From Octopus vulgaris (lineage: Eukaryota): a stretch of DNA of 64,000 nt. Numbering within the stretch: position 1 is the stretch's first letter; each line of letters starts with the position of its first letter. Below the pieces are notes generated by a model. The model was given only the letters and a program-made list of their open reading frames with translations, was not told where the DNA came from and did not search any database. This document shows, piece after piece, positions 12,556-23,950 of this stretch. The position numbers and the translations under genes are program-made. The DNA lies in NCBI GenBank assembly GCA_951406725.2, contig OX597831.1, positions 26,164,001 to 26,228,000 of the forward strand, in the 5' to 3' direction.

Positions 12556-12895
12556 AGGCTAGAGAATTGCTTAAAAATAGCTGGGAGATGCTTCTAGACT
12601 AAAGTTTTGCTTAACAAAAGCTTGGAGGTGCTTTTAGGATAGATATTATCTTAACAAGCATAGAATAGATGTAACTTTTAGTCTAGATAATTGCTTAACA
12701 AAAGCTAACAGAAGCCTTGCTTTTAAGCATGAGAATAGCTTAGCAAGAGTTGGAGATGTCAAGCTTTTCGGCTAGAGAATTGCTTGAAAAAAGACAAGGA
12801 GGTACCTAACTTTTAGGCAAGAGAAAATTGCGACAATAGTAAAAGATACTCAACTTTTATGTTAGCGAATTGTTTAACAAAAGTAGGAGATGCCT
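12556..12895. repeat. Degenerate ~40-bp minisatellite, about 8 units
   Basis: Recurrent cttttaggctagagaattgcttaacaaaag...ggagatg. Confidence 0.75.
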
Positions 12896-13224
12896 TGTTA
12901 CCAGTTGCACATTTGTTACAGTGTGATAGACATCAACTCAGAATCTCTAGCATGAGGCTTAAAATATGTAGACTGACTGCGTAAACTGTTTGATCTGTAT
13001 TGATAGCCACTGTGGTGGGAGGAAGAAAGAAAGAATGAGAGAATAAGGGACAGAGCTGTTTATGACTGGTTTCATCATGAATGAAATCTGGTGAAAATGT
13101 TTGGTCAGTAGTTGATGGGCTCAGAGAAGTTATTTCTGGTAACAGAACAGAATGCAGTGTGTTTTTGTATAAAGTTATGAAGAAAGAAATATTGGAGAGG
13201 TTGGTCCATATAAAACTGACTCTC

Positions 13225-13495
13225 TTTTTTTTTTCTGCCTTCAATCCTCCAACGTGGAGTATAGGCCACTTATAATTGAATTCCATGTCGCTTCTGTACT
13301 TATCCTCTGCCATGAATGTCTCCCTTTCTCTAGTTCCTTTTGTGTTGATCTCTGCCACAAGTTCTTAGGCCTACCTTTCTTTCTATATCCATTTGGATTC
13401 CACTGTAAAGCACTTTTCGCTACATTTGGTGTGTCTTTTCTAATTGTGCTACCAATCCACTTCCACTTTTTCGTAAATATTTGCTCCCCTAATCG
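13225..13495 (-). mobile_element. RTE-clade LINE 3' end with A tail
   Basis: Minus-strand translation LGEQIFTKKWKWIGSTIRKDTPNVAKSALQWNPNGYRKKGRPKNLWQRS (RTE C-terminal W-x-P-x-G-x-R-x-x-GRP motif); T run at 13225-13234. Confidence 0.85.
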
Positions 13496-14065
13496 AAACT
13501 TGATTAGGGAGCAAATTATTTGAGAAAGAATAATCTAACCAAGATTGAAAAAGAAAATGCACGAATGACATTCTTACATTTCAATAAAGATACTAAATTA
13601 GTAGAAATTGTACACATTTTAGTTCTTCCCTTGACACAAATTCATAGATACTATAGCAAGGAATGCCATCAAAACAATAGTATACACCAGCTCTAACAGA
13701 GTTAGACCTGGTGTATACTAGAAAATATAGAGCTAGCTCTAGTGCAAACTATTTCTTGGAAGGATGGGAACAAGTGTTCGGTAAGTTATTTAAGACGTAT
13801 TAAGTAAATATCTTTCATGATCATAGCAGCATAATGTCTTCTTTCAGCTGTTCTGCCAGCGCTATCTAGTTATATTGAACTACCACCTATCTCACTACTT
13901 CGCCTATTAGAATTTAACATAAGGGAAATAATAAAACCAGTAATAAGAGTGTTCTAGTTTATCTTTAAATATGTGAGTATAGATAAATGAATTTATTTTT
14001 TAAAATGTATTAAATACAGATTGCGTGTTTTAATTTAATGAAAATTTTGATTTCTGACAACAATA

Positions 14066-14114
<49 letters not shown>

Positions 14115-14304
14115 CCTCCCTCCATCCCCCATAGCACTCTTCAATGGGAACTCATAGTCATACTAAGAGGTGCAAACGTTAAGATAACTGCGTGAATATT
14201 TATCTTAACAAGGGAAATAACTATGTGTCATTGCAAGGGACACGACTCTATTGCATTAACTATCACCGAAGTTCACTTAATCATAGCTTATCGACTTGCC
14301 TACT

Positions 14305-14342
<38 letters not shown>

Positions 14343-14593
14343 ATCTATCTACATTCGATTTACTTTGGGTGGCATAAACTTTAACTATAGTTATATAATT
14401 TTATTTAGTTACTTGCTGAAGTCAGTGTCTATTTTACGTTTTAAAGCTGTACTCACTAGCAGTTTTGTAAAATCGATTAATAAAAGCAACTCTTTATTTT
14501 AAACGTTTATAAAGATCGAAATATATCTTACCAGGATCACAAAACACTGAGACGATATGACTTTAAAAAAGGTTATTTGAAATTGTACCTATG

Positions 14594-14766
14594 TAGGTGC
14601 AGGTGTGGCTGTGTGGTAAGAAGCTTGCTTCCCAACCATATGATTCCAAGTTCAGTCCCACTGTGTAGCACTTTGGACAAGTATCCAAAGCCTTGGGAGT
14701 GGAATAGGTATATGGAAACTGAAAGAAGCCAATCGTATATACATATATATATGTATATATATATAT

Positions 14767-14811
<45 letters not shown>

Positions 14812-14816
14812 TATAT

Positions 14817-14861
<45 letters not shown>

Positions 14862-15165
14862 CATATATATATATATATGTATATACATATATATATGTCT
14901 ATATATATATATATATATTGTGTGTGTGTGTGTATATATATATATATGTGTGTGTATATCTTTGTGTTTGTTCCCCCATTACCACTTGTTGGTGTGCTTA
15001 TGTCTCCATAACTTAGCAGTTTGGCAAAAGCGTCCAATAGAATAAGTATTACTCTTAAAATTAAAAAAGTCTTGGGGTTGATTCGTTTCTCTAAAACCCA
15101 TCAAGGTAGTGCTCCAGCATGGCCACAGTGAGACAACTGAAACAAGTAAAAGAATAAGAGAATAA
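14594..15165 (+). mobile_element. SINE family A with expanded internal (TA)n
   Basis: ggtgcaggtgtggctgtgtggtaagaagcttgcttcccaacc head; gctccagcatggccacag...ctgaaacaagtaaaag tail. Confidence 0.85.
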
Positions 15166-15190
15166 ATACAAAATATAATATTTGTCTCAA

Positions 15191-15356
15191 GAGTGGCTGT
15201 GTGGTAAGTAGCTTGATTACTGATAACCAACTACACGGTTCCAGGTTCAGTCCTGCTGTGTGGCACCTTGGGCATGTGTTTTCTACTATAGCCTTGGGCC
15301 GACTAAATCCTTGTGAGTGGATTTGGTAGATGGAAACTGAAAGAAGCCTGTCGTGT
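15191..15356 (+). mobile_element. SINE family A, 5' half
   Basis: gagtggctgtgtggtaagtagcttg...ggaaactgaaagaagcctgtcg. Confidence 0.8.
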
Positions 15357-15518
15357 GTGTGTGTGTGAGTATATATGTATATGTGTGTATATATATATAG
15401 AGATGTGTATATATATATATATTATATATATATATATAGGATTGTTTGTAGAAATACATAAACCTGAAGAAGAAGCACACTCTAAGAGGTACAGCAGTTA
15501 ATATTATAGTGGGGTAGG

Positions 15519-15705
15519 CTGGTTTATGGGGTTACCCTGGGTTTCTCACTCATAAGGGGTTTAGCCTTACAGTGTATCTTCAGATCCCAAACACTGCTCA
15601 CCTGAGACCTCTTTAGTCTCAGGCTAGCATCATTTGGGGTTTGACGATACGCTGTAAAGTTTAACTCCTTATGAGCAAGAACTCCAGGGTAACCCCACAA
15701 ACCAG
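15519..15705. mobile_element. Palindromic MITE-like element
   Basis: ctggtttatggggttaccctgg...cctgagac / gtctcagg...ccagggtaaccccacaaaccag, ~90-bp imperfect arms. Confidence 0.75.
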
Positions 15706-15820
15706 AATACCTCATGAGAATCTAATATGGTTCGAAAATCGATTAAGGTTATTCATCATATTTTCAGTTGATGGAGAAATGGCTAAAATTTACCCTGTTT
15801 ATAATTATACCATATGTTAC

Positions 15821-15854
<34 letters not shown>

Positions 15855-15856
15855 TC

Positions 15857-15893
<37 letters not shown>

Positions 15894-15961
15894 TATACAC
15901 ATGTTTATATATCTGTTGGAGTACCTCAACTGATTCAGATGTAAATTCTGTAATGTCCTTT

Positions 15962-16065
15962 TTGCCCTGAAGATATTTCACTCAAAATCTTAAAAAATGC
16001 AAAATTATTTTATTATATATATTTTATAATTTGCATTGAGTGTAAATTGAAACTATTGTAGGCAA
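15962..16065 (+). ncRNA. Type I hammerhead ribozyme motif, canonical core, long stem II
   Basis: Stem I TTGCC(15962-66)/GGCAA(16061-65); CTGAAGA 15967-73; stem II ATTTCACTCAA/TTGAGTGTAAAT; GAAAC 16049-53; tatt loop; GTA 16058-60. Confidence 0.65.
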
Positions 16066-16460
16066 TGTTAATTGATTAAAAATTAATTTATATCCTTTAT
16101 ATCTCCCCATTTGCTTACTAAATAATACTTGATATTTGTATAATATATTTATTGAAGAATCATATCTTCAAAGTATAATATATTGAACCAATGTATCTTG
16201 GATAAAACTATCCCTATAAGAGGTTTATATATCCTCAAAATGACTGTATATATATATTGATTAAGTATTACTATATTTGAGGTTTTAATGAAGCTGTAAG
16301 ATGTAATTCAGGCACTCAGCTATGAGTCGACTGCATCTGATAGCAGAAACAGCTGGCCCGAAGTTCATAAGATAATCATTTATTTCCTTTTTTCATCTCT
16401 CTTTCATGTTATTGCTTTGTGGTCAGGTAGCACTTCTTTCTGAAACATATATATATATAA

Positions 16461-16507
16461 AGATGAAGACAGGTGAAAGAACATCAAGCAGGTGTATTAG
16501 TTTGAAG

Positions 16508-16510
<3 letters not shown>
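16461..16510 (-). mobile_element. Fragment of the element family at 62385-62631
   Basis: agatgaagacaggtg...gcaggtgtattagtttgaagctc is the reverse complement of gagcattaaactaatacacctg...cacctgtcttcgtct; in (TA)n. Confidence 0.6.
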
Positions 16511-16574
<64 letters not shown>

Positions 16575-16692
16575 AGAAGAAGATGAGGAACTTTGGATGA
16601 AAGCATAGGAGCTTTTATGAGCATACTCAAAAATGCTTCACATGAATGGACTTAAAATATATACACACACACACACATAGACATACACATAT

Positions 16693-16830
16693 GACAGGAT
16701 TCTTTCAGTTTCCGTCTATCAGATCCTCTTACAAGTCTTTGGTCGGCCCAAGGTTATAGTAGAAGACACCTCCCCAAGGTGCCACACACTGATACTGAAC
16801 ATGGAACCATGTGGATGAGAAGCAAACATC
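16693..16830 (-). mobile_element. SINE family A fragment
   Basis: ttctttcagtttccgtcta...ggtcggcccaaggttatagtagaagacac...ggaaccatgtgg. Confidence 0.75.
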
Positions 16831-17530
16831 TTAGATCCACAAGTTTTAATCAACTTTTAGTTGTGCCATTTCCATCTGTAAAAGAAATCACATCCAAAAT
16901 AGGTAAAATACTTCATAGAACCACATTTATTTCTGTAGATTGCAAGAAATATAATTTATATGCTTTTGTTTCTTTATAATGTTTCACTGAGAATAATTAC
17001 CTTTAGTTTTCCCCACAAGGATTAGGGATTAAGATTTCTTTGGAAGGAGAAAATTCAAGTTGTCATGACATTCATTGCCAAAGAGTATTAACAAGCGAAG
17101 TAAAGCAAAAGCATTATAAAGTAAGAATCGGTGTTTGTGTGCAGACTCAGCTTACCAAGAATTTACTTTCTGTTATATCATACATGCACAGAACGACATC
17201 ATACATCATCATGTTCAGCCCTGATATCTCAACTTCTACACAGAGAAGCGTAGGCCTTGTTAGTCTGAAATGATAAAATGTAAATTGCATTGCTCTGTTG
17301 TCAGTATAACGACAAGTTTAATTACATTTGTCAGATTAACAATGATTGTAATAGTGACATCTCAATTCTTTCTTTCAGTTTTGGACCCTGTAATCAACAC
17401 TTGGTCTGTCTGTCTGTCTGTCTGTTTCTTTCTCCCTCCTTCTTTTTCTGTCAGTACCCACACACATGAATTAATATAAACAGCTAGTTGCAATATAAGT
17501 AATATAAAGGAAAAAAATCTTATCATCACT

Positions 17531-17630
17531 AAGCACCTATATTGCAAGAAATAACAGTTAAAAACCCTTAATGCGAGCTTCTTACTGCATTAAGAGTTTT
17601 TAACCCCTATTTCTTGCAAGACAAGTGCTT
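17531..17630. repeat. 100-bp imperfect palindrome
   Basis: aagcac...ttgcaagaaata...gttaaaaacccttaatgc / gcattaagagtttttaac...tatttcttgcaa...gtgctt. Confidence 0.7.
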
Positions 17631-17677
17631 CAGCACCCTTATTCACATTTAGTGAAGATAAAATTTGTGTGTGTGTG

Positions 17678-17768
<91 letters not shown>

Positions 17769-17772
17769 TATG

Positions 17773-17952
17773 ATATGTGACAATTAGCTGGGTGTCATAG
17801 TAAAACTCAGAGTTTCAGATGCCGGGGCTGAAGGCTGCTCCGACTTCTCATCAGTTATTACGAACACTTAATAACTGATAAGATGCCTGAGCAGATTTCA
17901 GCCCTGGCATCCGAAACTCCGAGTTTTATTATGACAACCAATTGTCACATAT
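17773..17952. mobile_element. Palindromic element in (TA)n with a hammerhead motif on each strand
   Basis: Plus: TAATAA-CTGATAA-GATGCC...GGCATC-c-GAAACTCcGAGTT-TTATTA (17869-17931). Minus: TAATAA-CTGATGA-GAAGTCGG...CCGGCATC-t-GAAACTCtGAGTT-TTACTA. Confidence 0.75.
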
Positions 17953-18366
17953 TATATATATATGTATATATGGTCCAACCCATATATACCGTCCAACCCA
18001 TGCTAGCATGGAAAGTGGACGTTAAACGACAATGATGATGATATGGTGTCTCTTAAAATGGATTTTATTGTATAATTAATTCTTATCCAAATTACCAAAC
18101 TACATGATCAGTAATGATTAATCAATGAGCTTATTTTCTTTCTATCTCTTCTATCAACCTGTTCTGTTCTGAAGATATCATCCCTTCATTTTATCCCTTC
18201 CAAAACCACTTAGTGTTACTATTTCTTTAGTTACTTAAAACATAACCCCCAATACTATATCCTTAGCTGATTTATTAATTTTCAGAAACACATGTATTTT
18301 TAATTTCCTCTTCTACCAACCCATGTTTCTTCATCAGCAAACCTTTTAGGGCCAGCATATGCTTCA

Positions 18367-18457
18367 GTCAAAACCTCATTAGAGTGTTACTATCTCTTAT
18401 GGGATGACACCACTGCAACAAGCACCAACATCCAAAAGAAGGCCACTCAACTGATTG
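18367..18457 (+). mobile_element. Decayed CR1/Jockey-group LINE fragment
   Basis: Translates VKTSLECYYLLWDDTTATSTNIQKKATQLI, resembling the RPxLEYxxxxW...IQKxAxRLI post-RT motif. Confidence 0.45.
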
Positions 18458-18916
18458 TCAGTCGGTATCAAAAATTTATCATTTGGTCTATTTTTAGTTA
18501 TCTATTTTACCTTAAAACCAAGTCACCAGTTTTTCAAATTTGCCAACTCTATGCTCTTTTATTCTAAAAATTGGAGCAACATATGGCTATATGATCCCTC
18601 TATTAATTTCTGCTCCCTTCAGTCATGATAAGGAAATTAGATGATGTCAGTGGAGTTCACAAAATTTCTAATGTAAAATCTACAATGGTAGACATTGAGA
18701 TGATACTTACACACCATATTGTGTTTTAAGTATGATTTAGCTTTAACATCAAGAAAATTGACGAAACTATTACTGACTACATAAAATATAGGGTTTGCAT
18801 TTATTTGCTATGAGAAGGTAGAGAGGAAATGTTTCCCAATTCAGATTCTTTGGCCTGTTTTTCCTGGCTCTCCCATGAAATATTATTTTTATTTCTCATC
18901 AGCTTCTGGTATAATT

Positions 18917-19131
18917 CCGATTTCAAATTTTTGCACAAGGCCAACAATTCAGGGAAGAATCTAAGTTTGTTTAGATTGACCCCACAATGTTCGACTGGTA
19001 CTCAATTTTATTGACCCCCGAAAGGGTGAAAATTAAAGTCAACCTCGGCAGCATTTGAACTCTGAACATTAAACACAGATAAAAGGTTGCTACGCATTTT
19101 CCCCAGCATGCTAATGATTTTGCCAACTCAC
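18917..19131 (-). mobile_element. SINE family B variant
   Basis: tttcaaattttgcacaaggcc...ttgacccccgaaagggtgaaaattaaagtcaacctcggc...tttgaactc. Confidence 0.75.
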
Positions 19132-19287
19132 TGAATATTATGAGAATATTGATCTACTACTAAGAGTAATAAAACTGTCAAAACATTTAAACTCCATTGT
19201 GATAGCTGTCTACATTCAATACGCCCAAATATAATTTGGTCACCATACTGGCTTTTATATATCTTTACAGTAAACATGTGTATGCAT

Positions 19288-19703
19288 ATCATCATCATCA
19301 TCATCATCGTTTAACGTCCGCTTTCCATGCTAGCATGGGTTGGTTGATTTGACTAAGGTCTGGTGAACCAGATGGCTGCACCAGGCTCCAATCTGATCTG
19401 GCAGAGTTTCTACAGCTGGATGCCTTTCCTAATGCCAACCACTCTGAGAGTGTAGTGGGTGCTTTTACGTGCCACCGGCACAAAGTGTAGTTAGGTGATA
19501 CTGGCAGCAGCCACGCTTAAATGGTGCTTTTTATGTGCCACCTGCACAGGAGCCAGTCCAGTGGCACTGGCAATGGCCTCACTTGAATGGCTTTTTACAC
19601 GTGCCACCAGCACAAGTGCTAGTAGGGTGACGCAGGTAACGATCTTGCTCGTATGATACTCTTAGCGCTCCACTAGCATGGATGCCAGTCATTGAATTTG
19701 ATT
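19288..19703 (-). mobile_element. SINE family E with internal ~70-bp repeats
   Basis: (CAT)n-cgtttaacgtccgctttccatgctagc...; repeated cttttacgtgccacc modules. Confidence 0.8.
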
Positions 19704-20225
19704 TAAGTATATTTTTAATTATATGTGCAGTGCACAAATTAATGATTAGTAGCCACTCTCACACAACCAGGTTCAGATTTAGTCAATCATTGTTTTTCAC
19801 TGATTTAAACAACAAAACAGAAAACAGTACTTCTTCTTTATGTACAGGCTATAACCGCAGAACCCTGGCTTGTCTGTTCTCTCTTCTTTGACAGATCTCA
19901 GCCAAAGCAGAAACCAGCAGGATCAGTTATTGCCAATTCTTATTCATGTTACTCTTAATCTAAGGCATGTTGAACGAGGCATAGCTTTGCATTATCTTCT
20001 TAATACTCTTGGGTTATTTCATCACATATGCTAATTTCCTTTCTTCTATCTGAACCACATTTTTCATTCACAGCATTCATCTGTCGCATAATTGAGCTTT
20101 ATTTCAAGCATTTACATTTCGCATACATCTACAATATGCTTAATTCAACCCTGATTTATGAATACTGCAATTGAAATTTGTTATTTTTGCTTTGTTGGAA
20201 TTATTGCCTCATTCAAATTCTGAAC

Positions 20226-20310
<85 letters not shown>

Positions 20311-20340
20311 ATATATATATATATAATATATATATATTAT

Positions 20341-20548
20341 ATGTGACCGCGTGTGTATCATTGGCGAATTTTTTCCCTCCGTCTTCCCTTCCTTGGATCT
20401 TTCCTTTCCCTATGTTTCTGACGAAGAGCTCCGCTTGAAACATTAAATCCTCCTTCTTTCTTTCCTTTCCTAAGCGTCCAATAACACTATACTTGTTCCA
20501 CGTCCTCGTGTTGTTGTGTTTTCTCTTTGTGTTTTCATGTATGGTTTA

Positions 20549-20552
<4 letters not shown>
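20341..20552 (+). mobile_element. Penelope-type non-autonomous element in (TA)n with minimal hammerhead
   Basis: ttt-CTGACGA-A-GAGC-tcc-GCTT-GAAAC-ATT-aaa at 20415-20447; second copy at 63465-63692. Confidence 0.7.
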
Positions 20553-20596
<44 letters not shown>

Positions 20597-20769
20597 CACA
20601 TAAATGTGAAACAAGGTGGAGAAAAGAGTACTCAAATACCAGAGGTAGAGTAAATATGCTTTATTTAAAAGCAGCAAAATATCACACAAAATCTAACAAA
20701 ACTGTCCAACGAACAGGAACGTGAAACTCTGAATAACAGTTTTTGTGATATTTCTGCTCTTTTAATAAA

Positions 20770-20770
<1 letters not shown>
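20597..20770 (+). mobile_element. Partly palindromic element in (TA)n with decayed hammerhead-like fold
   Basis: aaaactgt-CCAACGA-acaggaacgt-GAAACTCtGAATA-acagtttt (20698-20743); flanking arms ctttatttaaaagcagcaaaatatcac / gtgatatttctgctcttttaataaag. Confidence 0.55.
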
Positions 20771-20821
<51 letters not shown>

Positions 20822-22136
20822 GTTTGTTTCTTGCATATATCATAAACTCTTATGCTTTCATAAATTAATTATATTAACATATATTAACATATATTAACTG
20901 TTAGTGATGCTGTAGTTTTTGTTTCTTTAAACTTTATTTTCGCACACATTAGCAGTGAAATAATTGAATCAAATTATGAGCACGTGTGTATGCGTGGTGT
21001 GTTGTTTAGTGCGTGTGTATGTGTGGGTCTGTGTGTGTGTGTGTGCATATTTTTTCCATGCATAATAATAATCTAGTCGTAAACTTAATTCTCTAGTTCC
21101 CATCTTCTCCCTCCCTTCCTTTCTCTCTCTCTCTCTATCTCGCAACTCTCCCTCCCTCCCTCTCTCTCTCTCTCTCAATTTATGTACCTTATAAACAATA
21201 CAATTATCAACTTTTTTTGCAGAGTACATGTTATCTTGTTACAACGGTATTACATATAATACTTCCTTTTTTACATCTAATTGAAATGGCTATCAGTTAA
21301 TCTAATTGATTTCTATTTAATCTATATTTCAACAGCACCTAACCTGTCATTCAATCCATATTTTAAGTATTTCTACTCTGGATATTAAAACTAATTTCAT
21401 TCATGATTTATAAGCTATCATACCTTAAGCTACCATGCAAATGTTTGTGTTTGAAGGTAAATGCCATTTATGTATTTAATTTCACTTTTCTGCTTTCACC
21501 CTATTTTGTCTCTTCTGTTTCCCGATTTTTATTTGAGGTGAGAAAAAGAAAAAAAAAAAAAAATCAAAGTTGTTCAGTCATTAATCATAAATTGCTTACA
21601 ACTTTTTAATATTCATCTGAATGCAAAATATACTAGTAAAGATTTCGAGAAATATTTTTTTTATTCAAAGTTTTAAATTTTCTAAGAAAAAGAAAAAAAA
21701 AAAATTTTTTTTTTTTGGTGCTCCTTAGATTTTCTTCCTCTGTAAATTGAAATAAAATTTACACCTTTTAAAAGCAAGTTCACTTTCGTTCAAAACGTTA
21801 CTATAATTAATAATTCTCACATAGAATATGAAGCCATATTTGAATTGCAATAGGCACTAGATGACATTCTTTATATCAGATGCCAGCAGGAAATCACAAT
21901 GGTTTCATCAACTTCCGATACTATCACTCCCTCTGGTGGTGCCAAGCAACATTTATACATGTGTGTGCATGTACATATGTGTATATGTGTGTGAGAACGT
22001 GTGCATGATGCATGCATCAGCTTGTGCATGTGTAGGGTGTGTGTGCATAAATTATAACATTCATGTTATAACGAGATTTTTTCTTCAGATTTTAATTTAA
22101 ATACAAACATATCAGTAAAGGTAGATTTATATTAAA

Positions 22137-22526
22137 CTAGCAGTATCGCTTGGTATTGCTCGGGTTTGTTTCAACCCTTTAGAATTGGATTTTTTGAAAA
22201 GTAAAAGTTTTGCATTATGTAGCTTGTTATTCTCTTTAAGTGAACATTTTTCTGGTTGAAATACACCGAAAAATGGCAACACAGCAGTCAAAAAATCGTA
22301 AAAAATAGGGATTTTCATAGAAAAAAAGCACCTTTTTGATGTAAATAATTTTTGGTGTTAACATGGTCCGATTTGAATTTTTTCTTCTACGGAAGGAAGA
22401 GCAAGCCTTCTTCTATCATACTCTCGATTTTGGTCAACTTGCACCACAGGGTCTCGGAGGAGATAGTATTAGTTGAAGGCTACCAAACCTGCCACACACG
22501 GACAACTTCAGCTTTATATATATAGA
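22137..22526 (-). mobile_element. Non-autonomous Helitron-like element
   Basis: Minus strand starts TC(tatatatataaagctgaagttg) and ends cccgagcaataccaagcgatactgCTAG; inserted between A and T; second copy at 57352. Confidence 0.75.
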
Positions 22527-23565
22527 TGAGTCATGTATTTTAAACGGTTTTCTTCAATACTGAACAAGAAGGTAGAAATTTCTTTCGACCATTTTCCTGT
22601 ACATAGAACATAGATGCTTGAGGTTTAGGGATAACAAACAGATAACTGAGAAACATGGTTCTATGCATTGTGCTTATCACCGAAGCACATCATGTATACA
22701 GTTTTTTTTTTTTCTTGTAGAACTCTCACGGTAAAACCTACATTCAATAAGTTGGAAGACCATCCAGAGAAAGTTTTGTCTCTCATCCTTACTTTCATCT
22801 TTATAATACAATGCATTAAACGAACTGTATACATCCTTTTAATTCAGGAAGGATTGTGTCTTTCCTTGGAAATAAGATTTGTCAAATTATGAAGATCATT
22901 ATGTCAGAAAGTGATATTGGTACATTCAGATAATACAATCCACTGAAAATATTCTTCACTTGAAGAAGAGGAAGAAGAAGTGAAGGCTGATTTCTAGAAG
23001 TTGTGGTGAGAAGCTGTCCTAGGAAAAGACCCACCCCACACATGCAAGCATGAAAATAACAAAAATAACATGATGTGGATGATGATGATGATGATGATGA
23101 TGATTACTATGATGATATTGATTGTATTTCCCCCACCCCACCCCCTTAAATTTAGATATTTCTGTTGTCATTTTCCATAGCTTGGAGATGTGTCAACTTG
23201 CCTATGAGGGCCAGTGCTTTCACATAGATCTCTGCCTGCTTTTACTTGGACATATCCTGTCCTGATCCAGATAGATTCGACTGTAAATACTTTGTGTAAT
23301 CTCCTGTTAGTGTGCGTGGTTCCTTGATGATCAGTTGCTATGGTTTTCAGGAATGAAACTCCATCAAGCCACGACCAGCCTATCATCACACCTGACGTAT
23401 ATAATCCAGGACTATTTTAATCATTATACTCAAACAATTTTTAAGACTGCACAATAAAGTTTGATGAAAATATAGCCACTATATGTTGCAAAGTGAGCAA
23501 TCATGTAGAGATTTTCATGAGTTCTTTAGCAACATTTGATATAATATGATAGAAGGAAATTCTTG

Positions 23566-23770
23566 TATACAGTGCTCAGGTGCACCACAACTTGTCAAAG
23601 GTGTGTATAAAGAATATGCAGTAATGTACAAATGTCTGGAAGGTGAACGGTGTATGAGTTAGATACATGCTTGCGTGTGTATGGAGGTGAGAAAATCAGG
23701 TGTAGTGTTGGCGAATCTCAGGAAGCATGGAAGTTTTGAAGGATGCAGTGCTCCAACAACTTACAACTGA
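23566..23770 (-). mobile_element. LINE 3' end (CR1/L2-like)
   Basis: Minus translation VVSCWSTASFKTSMLPEIRQHYT* followed by UTR-like sequence. Confidence 0.5.
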
Positions 23771-23777
23771 TATATAA

Positions 23778-23819
<42 letters not shown>

Positions 23820-23916
23820 AAACACATGCATACATACATACATATCTATTTGTTTGTGTGTTTATGTAGATATAATGGTCTTTCTGACTACTCTGCATTA
23901 CATGCAGTTTTGCTTG

Positions 23917-23950
<34 letters not shown>

